Of a stretch of DNA of 64,000 bases, positions 40,843 through 52,040 are shown piece after piece. Positions within the stretch are counted from its first letter, which is position 1. Every line of letters starts with the position of its first letter. Made by a program: the position numbers and the translations under genes. This DNA is from Pecten maximus (Eukaryota): positions 47,616,001-47,680,000 of the forward strand of contig NC_047018.1 of the NCBI RefSeq assembly GCF_902652985.1, given 5' to 3'. The notes under the pieces are model-generated. The model was not told where the DNA came from. It ran no database searches and saw only the letters and a program-made list of their open reading frames with translations.

Positions 40843-40961
40843 TGTGCCGGACTACACACATGGGATATTCCAGAGTATCGGCTTCAAGGAATTCCACAAC
40901 TTCCTCATATTGTCAAAGGAGGAGCAAACCACAGACAAAGGGAAGCAACTCTTTAAAGAAG
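40843..40961 (+). CDS. TRIT1: TRIT1 exon 7 (119 nt)
   Basis: aacag|SVPDYTHGIFQSIGFKEFHNFLILSKEEQTTDKGKQLFKE-G|GTAGGA, with the signature GIFQSIGFKEF. Confidence 0.95.
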
Positions 40962-41104
40962 GTAGGACATGGATAGCAGATCATCAGAATCCTTTGTAGT
41001 GTATATTACTGTATTGCGTGGTTCATACAATGTTTACTTTGTGGATCAGTGGAATAATATTATTTCGATATTATGAATTAGTATCACTTGTCAGAAAAAA
41101 AACA

Positions 41105-41732
41105 ACTTTGGGTGGTTGGACGGCACACTAGTAACACATTTTCACCTAAGCGGCCAGGGTTCGATTCCTAGATCAGATGTTGAAAGGTATGGGGGTCACG
41201 AGCCTAACCAAGCATGTATTTTTGGGGTACTCTAGTTTCCTCCCAAAGTAAGACCCTCACACGATTCCACCTACGACAACAAGAGTGATTAATATAAGGC
41301 CATCTTTAAAAATATCTTCATTTGCTGTAACCCGACCAGGGGGTTTTACATATGGGTAGATAGGTAGTGCTGAACTTTTTTTTTATTCACTTCTGAAAAC
41401 CGATTTTCAACCTTCAACACAAAAACAAGCCAGAATATAAACTGTTTGCAAATCATTATTTATTTTGTGATCTTAAACAAAAGAAACACACACCAATCTT
41501 ATTTTGGTTTGCGATACATATTTTCAAACTTGCAAAGCAACTTCTGGGCATAAATATCCGGAATGGTCAAGTCATTCAATTATTTAAAAAAAAGTTTTGT
41601 TTTTCACAATAACATTTTCTGAGTTGGCACATTTTTTCTGAGTTGGGGGGGTCACGCCAAACCAACTATATTTTTATTTTGGCCTAATTTGGTATAACTT
41701 TCATAATTGTTATAAAATAACTAAAGTTTACA
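41105..41732 (+). mobile_element. V-domain-like SINE interrupted by a ~390-bp MITE-like insertion (~41296-41687)
   Basis: B box GGTTCGATTCC and gtactctagtttcctccc; the tail resumes after ggcctaa. Insert ends are taaggcca...tggcctaa. Confidence 0.65.
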
Positions 41733-41912
41733 TTAAAAAAACAACTTGATGCGGCGATGTTGAAGGCTTAAAAATCACCTGTGAATCGTTGTTTTACCCA
41801 GTTTTACAACTTTCACACACTGTTGACAGTTACTTGTATTGACCTGAAATTTGGCGACTGTAACAGATGGAAATATTTCTAAGTATTTAATTGTGCTGGT
41901 TTTGTTTTACAG

Positions 41913-41990
41913 GAGTAGAAAATCTCAAGAAAAGAACGCGCGCCTACGCCAAGTATCAGGTGAAGCACATCCGCAACAGATACATCAGAC
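41913..41990 (+). CDS. TRIT1: TRIT1 exon 8 (78 nt)
   Basis: ttacag|GVENLKKRTRAYAKYQVKHIRNRYIR|GTAGGT, with the TR.YAK.Q motif. Confidence 0.93.
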
Positions 41991-42359
41991 GTAGGTAACA
42001 CAAGAAACTCTCAAAATGTCCTCTTAAAATTGTGAGAATTTTGTGCGGATGAGTTTATACTATGGTGGAGAGTGATAGGGTTGTATAGGGTAACAAATAT
42101 TTGGATATTGAAACTGAATGTTTTTCAGCTGAATCATCTTTACCTCCTGGAAATTAAATATTACAAAAGTTTTCTTCTCTTAATGTTCCCGAGAACCAGA
42201 TATTAATATATGGAAATTTTTGTAATGTTACTGTCAATAAGAATATTTTGCCAGGTTGCTAAAATAATTATATACAGTTGAACAATGCAGGCCCTCTGGA
42301 CATTTTTTGTTAATTTATCTTTTGTGAATTGTAATCCAATACATGTGGCTAATAAACTT

Positions 42360-42749
42360 GTAGTGGTCAATGACTCCAAAGATGTAATAGGAAATTGTTA
42401 TGAAATATTTCTTGTCACTGCTGAGCTTTTAACTAATGACCTTTTACCCTCTGAGCAGACATCCTACCACTTGGCTAAAGGGAAACTTCTGCTAGTCTGA
42501 GTCATAGTAAGGTGACCTATGACCTAGTAAAGTGACCTAGTGAAGTGACCTATGACCTAGTAAGGCGACATATGACCTATTAAAGTGACCTATGACTTAG
42601 TAAAGTGATCTATGACCTAGTACGGTGACCTGTGACCTATTAAAGTGACCTATGACCTAGTAAGCTGACCTATGACCTATTAAATTGACCTATGACCTAG
42701 TAAGGTGACCTATGACCTTGTAAGGTGACCTATACTCCACTCTTTCACA
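42360..42749 (-). mobile_element. Diverged PBS+LTR copy of the miniature LTR element at 59754-60244, with an internal 20-bp tandem expansion (42505-42733)
   Basis: agtggtcaatg, catccta.cact.ggctaaa, gctagtctgag, tagtaaggtgacctat and actc...tttcaca are collinear with 60005-60244. Confidence 0.75.
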
Positions 42750-42763
42750 TATATATTTTCCAG

Positions 42764-42873
42764 GCCGAGGCGCTAACACATTACCTGTATATGGACTGGA
42801 TGTCTCTGATGTCTCTCAATGGGAGGACCGTGTGAAAACACCAGCTGTGGAAGTCCTAACGGATATTTTACAG
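42764..42873 (+). CDS. TRIT1: TRIT1 exon 9 (110 nt)
   Basis: ttccag|RRGANTLPVYGLDVSDVSQWEDRVKTPAVEVLTDILQ|GTAAAA, with the PVYGL.VSD...W motif. Confidence 0.93.
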
Positions 42874-43320
42874 GTAAAATTACAGGCTATAGAGATTCTC
42901 AACAATATTTTACAGGTAAAATTACAGGCTATAGAGATATTCAACAATATTTTACAGGTAAAATTACAGGCTATAGAGATTCTCAACAATATTTTACAGG
43001 TAAAATTAATTACAGGCTATAGAGATTCTCAACAATATTTTACAGGTAAAATTACAGGCTATAGAGATTCTCAACAATATTTTACAGGTAAAATTACAGG
43101 TTATAGAGATTCTCAACAATATTTTACAGGTAAAATTACAGGCTATAGAGATTCTCAACAATATTTCACAGGTAAAAATTACAGGCTATAGGGATTCTCA
43201 ACTACATTTTACAGGTAAAAATTAGAGGGTCATGAGAACAATATTTTACAGGTAAAAATTACAGGGTATTGAGATTCTCAACAATATTTTACTGGTAAAA
43301 TTACAGGGTATTGAGATTCT
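42863..43320 (+). repeat. 42-bp tandem repeat (~10-11 copies) containing the exon 9 splice donor
   Basis: Unit atattttacag|gtaaaattacaggctatagagattctcaaca. Confidence 0.95.
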
Positions 43321-43757
43321 TACTGTTCCTCTAGTGAGCCGACTTATTGACAGATTTTGATTAAACATAACAGGTTTATCTTGGACACATTTAAATACGA
43401 TCAGTCAATGGTCTAGGCCACTGTTACTAAAAATAGAATTGTACCATCACAGCTCACTATCCCATCAAAACGAAACATTTGCTAAGAAAAACGTAAAGAA
43501 ATCCTGCAGTTTATTGATAAAAAAAAATTCTTTCCTCTTGAAGATGTTTTATATTTAATTTCATCAAGGAAAAAAACCAGTTAAAATTCCTCTGGTTTTA
43601 ATAGGTGACATGGTATATTCAGAGAGAATTAAAAGGTTTAAAAAAGGAAAAAAAATCAGAAAATTATTAAAACTAGCAGGGATTCTTTGAAATTTACAGT
43701 TGGTTACCTCCCTTCGCACATGCATTCAATGGGTATGTTTTACTTTTGTTGTTGAAG

Positions 43758-43875
43758 GGGAGAGAACCCCGTCATGCCCCGATCCCTTCAGAAGAGACGG
43801 ATAACTACCTTGTACATGAAGTTTGTGACATCTGTAATGATGGTCGCATGTTCTACACGTCAGACGAATGGAACC
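43758..43875 (+). CDS. TRIT1: TRIT1 exon 10 (118 nt), CxxC half of the matrin-type zinc finger
   Basis: ttgaag|GREPRHAPIPSEETDNYLVHEVCDICNDGRMFYTSDEWN-C|GTAAGT. Confidence 0.9.
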
Positions 43876-43904
43876 GTAAGTATATATTGTAGTTATTATC
43901 TGGG

Positions 43905-44390
43905 ACAAGTTGAATAAAAGATAAAGGAATAAATAGATAAATAAATAAATAAATACAAGTTGAATAATAGATAAAGGAATAAATAAATAAAATAGATAAA
44001 AGTGCAATAATAGATAAAGGAATAATGAAATAAAATAAATACAAGTTGAATAATAGATAAAGGAATAAATAAATAAAATAAATAAAAGTGCAATAATAGA
44101 TAAAGGAATAATGAAATAAAATAGATAAAATAAATACAAGTTGAATAATAGATAAAGGAATAAATAAATAAAATAAATAAAAGTGCAATAATAGATAAAG
44201 GAATAAATAAATAAAATAAATAAAAGTGCAATAATAGATAAAGGAATAAATAAATAAAATAAATACAAGTTGAATAATAGATAAAGGAATAAATAAATAA
44301 AATAGATAAAAGTTGAATAATAGATAAATAAATAAATGAATAAAATAAATACAAGTTGAATAATAGATGAAGGAATAAATAAATATAATA
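43905..44390. repeat. A-rich ~44-bp tandem repeat
   Basis: aataatagataaaggaataaataaataaaataaatacaagttg units; source of the spurious minus-strand ORFs. Confidence 0.9.
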
Positions 44391-45239
44391 GATTAATGAA
44401 AAAATAACTGTTGTAAGGTCATTGTCTAGTCAGATTTCTCTTGGTAAATTGTCGATTTTAGTTCCCTTCCATGAAAGTTATGGTCCTATATATAATTCTC
44501 ACGAAATTGCAGACAAATTGAATGACGTGTGATATGATTAATTTGTCTAATCCTGTGAGATTTACAGGACAATAACTTTCCATAGAAAGCAGTTTAGTAC
44601 TTATATTTCTTGTCCAAATTTAATTTTTTCCTATATCCTACCTGTGACAGTGGCATTTCATTCCAAAGTCAAATTTCACACTTTCAATGGGACCTCTTCT
44701 TGTGATGTCATGAGTACACGTGACTGTTTCTGACAAAAAATTAGTTTGTGGGAGTAAAAACATCATCAATTTGGTTTTATCATCTCAATCATTGAATTCC
44801 ACCTTGAGTATATTCAACTGTTATACAAGCTAGCTACGTAAATTGTTACAAGGTACATTGACCAATCATGTGTTTAATCCAGTTACACAAATTTCTGTGA
44901 TGTTTGAAAATACACTTATATAGAGAATATAGGGGATAATTAGTATTACCTGACCTTCAATATTTATTTTTCACTGTCTTAATATAGCTTGGAAGATTCT
45001 GTGTCATAAGTCACGTGAAACACAAATGTTGGTAAAGGGAGGTAACTCCACAAAAGTAATTAACTTGGTTGATGCATGAGTTATTAAATTTACTTAACAT
45101 TTGATGCATCAGGGACTACTCGCTTCAACAATCTTGATGCAAGGTGCTTCAAATGAATATCGCATCAAGTGGAGAAATTTAATCTTGTTGAAAAAATCAC
45201 TGATCATCATTATAATGGATATCTCTGTCTTTTATCCAG

Positions 45240-45312
45240 GTCATCTCAAAAGTAAAAGGCACGAAAGAAGGAAATATAGACTTAAAAAAGAACAAGCTAA
45301 TTTATTGAAAAG
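45240..45312 (+). CDS. TRIT1: TRIT1 exon 11 (73 nt), HxxxxxH half of the zinc finger plus a basic NLS-like stretch
   Basis: tccag|RHLKSKRHERRKYRLKKEQANLLK-AG|GTATGT. Confidence 0.9.
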
Positions 45313-45845
45313 GTATGTAGCTTTTTTTTAAACAAGTTTTGATTCCACCATTATTAGATGATGTTCAAATCTCTCTTCTTCCCTTCATCCTTATTCATTC
45401 TTAGTTTGTCATCCGTTCATTGTCCATGCAGATGTTACAGGCAGTCATCCTGGATATTGATAAATGAAGGTTGCTTTCACCATTTCTGAAAGTTTATTGT
45501 TCAAGTCTTTTTCCCAAAATTGTATATGTTGATTTTGCTTGGTCCATAGATGTGCATGTTCAATTCTGTGATTGATAGAGAAAAATAACCAACAAGAATT
45601 TGTCCGTTTTGAAATGAGACTGTTGAAGATTGCCTTTGTTTTTTTCTCAGAATGTTTTTGATGTATCTTTCAAGTTTAACATTGCAATAAAACTAAGGCA
45701 TATCAAATTGTTTTGTGCAACTGGGAATGCTTTTTTATATGTATAAAAGTATACACTAATGTACAAGTTGTTTATCTTTTTTGAATAGATTATATTCACA
45801 GCGCATTCACAATAGCTAATATTTGTATATTTATTTTTCGTTCAG

Positions 45846-46185
45846 AACTGAAGCAAAAGAAAAGGCGACCTCTGATGATGCTACGCAAGCCGGTGTAAAG
45901 GGGGATAACTCTCATCTGGAAGACAGTGTCATAGGTGATTTTGAAACAATGGAAGACAATGACATTACATCAGGCAATGTCAGTTTTCACGGTTCACCCA
46001 CAAATGACTGTGAACTGGGAAATGACATTGATACATCAGATAATGTCACCATGTCACATGATGTCAAAGAAGATAATGATGTAAAGGGAAGCAACTCCAC
46101 GATGTCAGGCAGTAATGTCAACGATTCGCCTGATACAAACCATGAAAGGGGAGATAACTCTCCTAAAAACAAGGATGTCAGTTGA
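45846..46185 (+). CDS. TRIT1: TRIT1 terminal exon, acidic low-complexity C-terminal extension
   Basis: ttcag|A is phase-compatible with exon 11 and stays open to TGA at 46185; ATTAAA signals at 46504 and 46514. No family motif here. Confidence 0.75.
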
Positions 46186-48809
46186 AATTGATTTAAAGAA
46201 AATTGTTACAATGAGGATTTAGCTTGATTACAAAACTACAATTTGACCGGTGTTTAAGAAAAAAATAATAAGAAGTGTGTTTTGATTCTGTAGACTGATA
46301 GATAGCAGATAAGCTTTCTGTAACAGAATATTCCTGCGTGGGAAGTTCAGAGCATGGGTATAAACATTCCACTTGTTGTCGACATAATCTAAGTGTCAGA
46401 ATATTTCACAAATTATTATTTGTGGAAGTTGAAACTACCAAGACATTTAAGAACTATTGGTTCTTTGCTTTTTCTAACTCGATTTCTTATCTGTTATTTT
46501 GTGATTAAAGAATATTAAAGAAATATTAACACAATTTTATTGATGGCCTGTTGTTTTCATTTATTTACGCCAATCTCAGGGTACATTGTGTACTAGATTA
46601 GCTATGTCTATGATACTTTCCTGAAGTACAAAATGGACATTTTTCTACGATCTTAAGTGGGAATGATGCATGGGCAAATTTTCCTTTTTTGCCCCAGATT
46701 ATTTGATCATTGTGACAGGGTTGTATCATCTCTACACAGTAAAACCTTCAACCGAAAATATTCCCCAAAAGATAGGATGAATATAGGGATACTAATTCCC
46801 CACAAACTTTAGAAAAGTGATAAATATTCCCCACAAGACAGGCTAGATAGAGATAAAGTCAACGAACAGTGATAATTTTCCGTATAAAATGCATATTAGA
46901 AAAATGAGGTATGATTTTTGACCTCGCTTGGTTTCCTTAAAAAATATGGTAAAGAGAAAAGAAAACATCTAAGTTCTTTCTTGGGATCTCCGCTTTTTAT
47001 TGGTATAAATCCTTTTTACACCAAGAGCTTTTCGTTTTTGACTTTGAGTGGTTTATTTACCAAAAGCGTTAAGAAATTTCACCCCGTTTTCTGCAGTTTT
47101 TTTTACCGACGTTTTCCCAACAAAAACTGAGTGGTTCTGTGCAATCTGGAACTAGCTATTATAAAATTTATATGACTATAAAATACAGAAATCACTTGTT
47201 CCGTTGATATCAACTTTTTATTTCTAAGATGCATATAAAGGGCATTGTGATGCGTTTGAAATTAAAGATTACGTTATAAAAGTCATATCGTACCGATGCG
47301 AACGTGAAGGTGTTAAGAGAGATACCTTGGTATTATACATCCCCATTCAACCAAAGAAGAACATTTTCCCCCACAAGAATTTGTATATGCTGGGAAAGAG
47401 AATGCATTTAGCTGGGTAAAAATTGCCTCCTCAATTGCTGGTTTGGTATTCACAGACTCAGAAGGAAGGATTTTGCACCACTTCTTCCCCACCGCGCCTG
47501 CGCAGCTCCCCCCCCCCCCCCCCCCCCCCAAAAAAAAGCCCCCACCCGTCTTAATTTTGTTTTTGTGTTTTTTGTGTCCCACATTCCGAACATCAAATCA
47601 TGGAATTGGAATTTCATAAGCAACATTTGATTATTTTTTTTTTCGACTGAATAGATTCGTGAAGATATGGATAATTCTATATGTTCCTTAAAAGATCAGA
47701 TATTATTATGAGGGGAAATGTGGTCCTGACACCCTCAGAATGAAGCATTTTCAGCATTTCTTCATAAGGATGTACACTTTTGTATGCTTATAAATGTTAG
47801 CCCAGACGTTCACATTCAGTGTTGACGTTACCGACTCAAGTATTGCTAGTGTGACGTCATTCAGTTGGTATGATTACAAAATTCCCCGTCCCTCCCCTTT
47901 GAGGTGCCATTTAACTATGTTAAGATTTGTTTATATCAAATCTTTGAATTTTTATATAAATAAAAAAAAAATCCTATATGAAAAAAAAAACAACAAAAAA
48001 ACAAAAAAACAATTGAAAAGATCAAATTTTCGTTATCAAAAAATTGTGAATATGTAGTAAAACGGCGCTTTACGCCCTAGTCCGAATTTTCTGACGATCT
48101 CGCTGTAGGCCTATATACTTTTAAAGTCAACATCGGAACTCTTCGGATTACATACTCCCCTGACGTACAAAAATAGTAGACAAGTATGTAGAATAGTTAT
48201 CGATTGTCAAAACAATGTACATACTCTCCGGAAAATATCTGTTTCAGGTTTTTTGTTCTGATAATTTTTCTTTTGTAAATATAATCTAGATTTCGAGATA
48301 TACTAGATTAAAATGCTCTATATAAAAAAACAAAAAAACAAAACAAAAACAAAACAAACAAACAAATAAACAAACAAACAACAACAAACGCTATTTCTCG
48401 TTAAGTAGACTAGATTACCTATCTTCCGCTTCCATCCGGTCAGACAAAAGTGAATCGTTATATTTTGTTTAACACTTTTAGACTTCGAAGAAAAGTTGGT
48501 CAATTAAGATTTCAATTAAAGTCTTTTCAAGTGAGCTCCAAGGTTGTTTTCCTTTTTCTTTTCACAAAATACATGTAGCTCTATACGAAAATTGTATACC
48601 TAAAACATAAAACATGGCCCGATTAATATCCCATTAATATATTTTAAGCGAAAGTTTTGCACATTTTCATTGTTTTTACATGCAACAATATCAAAATGAT
48701 GAACCTCTCAGCTTGTTTTTCATCCCTCAGATAGTATATGCTTTTTTGGAATATGTTGTGTATACATTATGAAAAATAGAATATTGTTTATGAAGAATTA
48801 AACAGCATC

Positions 48810-49138
48810 GATACCAAAAATGTTTCCCCTTTGCCCAAAAATGCCTCGGACCAAATTTGGACCAAATCCTTTCATATCTACAAAAGAAGGATTTTAGAGA
48901 GTTTGCTATATTTTCCATATTGGGTGCCACCCCTCAGGAACCTGACCTCTGGGATCCACCGTTTACACAAAATTGGTGTCCCTTTACCCTGGGTGCTTCA
49001 GATTAAATCATGTCAAATTTACTTAGTGCATGACTAGAAGCGATTTTTAGGGAAAATAGACGGACGACAGAACTGACGGACGACGGACGCCGCGCCATGA
49101 TATAATCGCAACGGTCCAATGGACCAGGAGGGCTAAAA
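48810..49138 (-). mobile_element. HINE/Helentron-like non-autonomous element end
   Basis: (gacg)n microsatellite, short palindrome ggtcca-a-tggacc and terminal gctaaaa, typical of bivalve HINEs. Confidence 0.55.
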
Positions 49139-49605
49139 ATGGTAAAGATTTTTTTTTCTGAAACCACGACAGAAAAATGTGAACAGGAAGTTAACCAAAG
49201 ACACCTAAGTTATTGTTTTCGCTCTTTCGCATGGTCGCATGGTCGCATCGCAGCATCACACTGTCGAACCCTCGCGAATCCGGCAGTGCAACATGGCCGA
49301 AATCAGCTACCAAATGTTTACGTATGCTTTCTTCTGTGATATTGTTTCTGAGAGTACATGTAGATAATCTCTATATATCTTATAATACATAAAAAAATAT
49401 AAGTTTCATGTATAACTACCACAGGGACTTGATAACCCGTAATTATATATAGGTCGTGAATTGGGTGCCAAGTCCCTGTGATTGTATATATCTAGTCGAA
49501 TGTGAACCTAGGCGTATATCTAGACTTCATTTCAATTAAATTGTGTTATGTGTAGGAGTACAAGCTAGTATGTAACTTAATAAAGAACTGATATAGATGT
49601 TCCTC

Positions 49606-50375
49606 ATAGCTCGTTACGTCATCTGATCCGAAGGTTAGGATGACCTACTGTATAGTCATCGTGCTTCGTCCGTCGCCGTCCGCCAACTTTTCACATTTCA
49701 AACTTCTCAAGTTCCACTGGTGTAAATGAGCTGAAACTGACCTGGAATGATCCAGAGATGGTCCTGGCCAAGTGTTGTTATTTTTCGGGTTGTTTCGAAA
49801 TCCAAGATGACTGCCATGGTAGCCATCTTGAAAAACACATTTTAAACTTCTTCTCCAGTACCACTGGTGCCCTTGACCTGGAAATTGGTGAGGTTGTTAA
49901 AGAAGGGGAGCCAACAAAGTGTTGTTATTTTTCAGCGTCGCTAAAACTTTGACATGGTAGCCACGGTGGCCATTTTGTAACACGATTGCGCAATCATGGG
50001 ATTCCTGAACAACACCTATTTCAAACATCTCAAGTTCAACAGTTGGATTCAGCTGTAACTTACCAGAAATGATCCTGAGATGGTCCTGACCAAGTGTTGT
50101 TATTTTTCGGGTTGGTCCAAAATCGAAGATTGCCGCCATGGCAGCCATCTTGAAAAAATTGATATGGCAGCCACGGTGGCCATTTTGAAACATGATTGCA
50201 CAATCATGGTTTTCCTGAACGACGTCTACTTCAATTTTTTCCAAGTTTCACCAATGGCATTCAGCTCGAACTTGGCAACAATGATCTTGAGATGGTCCTG
50301 ACCAATTTTCAAGTGTTGCTATTTTTCTGGTAGGTCAAAAATCCAAAATGGCCGCTATGGCCAACGATACCATTA
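49606..50375 (+). mobile_element. HINE/Helentron-like element with internal tandem subrepeats
   Basis: tagctc start, hairpin, (cgtc)n, then repeated gagatggtcctgaccaagtgttgttattttt...gccatcttgaa modules. Confidence 0.6.
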
Positions 50376-51956
50376 TACTCGCTACTGAGTATGTGTACTA
50401 CAATAGTACAAGGGTTTTAATAGCGTCAGATATTGGCCTCTTGTTTTCATACTGATAGAGCTTTTGACGAAATTCGCTATGGTTGGACGAGTATCGACTT
50501 GCACCGGTAAGGTAAACAGGTATACAGGTGTGTCGACAAACACGTGATCTGACACGATCACCACGTGCACCTGCTCGTGTAGTTCACGTAAATGGATTGA
50601 TGTGAACTTGGAAGAACGTTGTGTAACAACACACATTTTCCGGGCTTGAAGAAACTTACATTTGAACAGGTAAATATTTCAGAAAATGTTAAAAAACGTA
50701 TTATATCTAAATACTGTATAATATCTGATGATTTGGGATGTCAAGATGATCTAAGTTATTAGTGTGTGTGTGTCAGTGTAAAAAGTGCAGGGTAGGAGAG
50801 GGGTAACACGTCATGCAGCTGTATGCCTGTGACATTTAATTTACATATATAGATATAGAGATATGTATAAGCTTTTAAAACTCCATCAGTTTAATCATTT
50901 GGACTGCTACTTTATGACGATTTCTAATGTTGTATTCAATTCTCAACAGGAAAATAAACTGTACGTACAGTATTTTTTTTTACTCTTTTCAAAGATTAAT
51001 ATGGAAATACTGAAACCAAGACAGGAAGAATAACGTGAGTCCCCCTGCATGTCCCCACTGCCTGACGACGAGATGTGTACATATTTTCGTTACATGTTAA
51101 AACTGAAAACAACATTATGGTATATTTATCAACTTTTGCTTTCTTTACGAAGTCACAGAAAACTAATCGTTTGTAATGATTTTTAACAATTAAGCAAACA
51201 CAAATCACTTTATCTTTTAGCATTGGCGAGTTTGAAAATAAGGAACCACAATTTATATACTGTATTATGCACAGGGACCTGAGAATTTGTTACAGTCTAC
51301 ATGTACAGTGTACATGTATTTGGACCTTCCCTAGTGTGTATAGCACATTTTGAGACGTCAGTTTTGGGGGCTAGATTAAAATTCGGTAATGGTTATGGTG
51401 ATGTTTTTCCCCCTAGCTATGATTTCCCACGGGAATCAATACGTTTGTTTACGTGTAACGGACACATGTGCATATCTCGTTATTGTAGTCTGTCTATTTC
51501 ACATCTTTCCTATACTTTGATTTTCTACAATAAAACTTGTTTTGCTTGATGGAAAGAAGAGAGCTGAAAGGTATGTATGTGTAAGTATGGTCGATTTATA
51601 CAAACACCTGTACAATTATCACCTGTCCTTCATTGTACGGTCCACATCTATTAATAAATATTTATCAAAATCCTTGTGTATTCTGTTTTTTTTTTTATTG
51701 GTGCATGGTACATTGTAGTTTCTGAAGACAAAGAGCACGAAGACGCAGAGAAGATCACAGTAAGTACCCAGCATGCGTCCCACTGCCCATTTCCTGTTGT
51801 AAATAACACTTCCGGTTCCTGTCATCTTTCTACTGTTCGTTATATTGATTGTTGTTACTAATACAAAAAGAAAAAAAGAGAGAAAAAGTTACCACGACCA
51901 TGTTTAGTATGGCATATGACACAAACAATGAAACTTCACTGACACATCATGCTTCT

Positions 51957-52040
51957 TTGGCTCAGAAGGTAAAGCCAAGGATTAACACACCGAGGACCTT
52001 GGTTCGATTCCTGTCGGAGTACTCGTCAGGAATCTGTTTT
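51957..52040 (+). mobile_element. tRNA-derived SINE head or tRNA pseudogene
   Basis: A box TGGCTCAGAAGG and B box GGTTCGATTCC, but no intact cloverleaf. Confidence 0.55.

Noticed and set aside
36777-44354. Hydrophobic Phe/Tyr/Ile-rich ORFs at 36.8-37.1 kb and 43.7-44.4 kb as membrane proteins
   Set aside because: Translations of simple repeats that are open in all three frames.
51990-52032. Minus-strand CUGACGA...GAAC...GUC as another hammerhead
   Set aside because: Lacks the GAAA core and a good stem II; better explained as the reverse of a tRNA B box.
23740-52040. GGTTCGATTCC sites (~23779, ~41158, ~52001) as true tRNA genes
   Set aside because: No complete acceptor or anticodon stems; SINE-type flanks.
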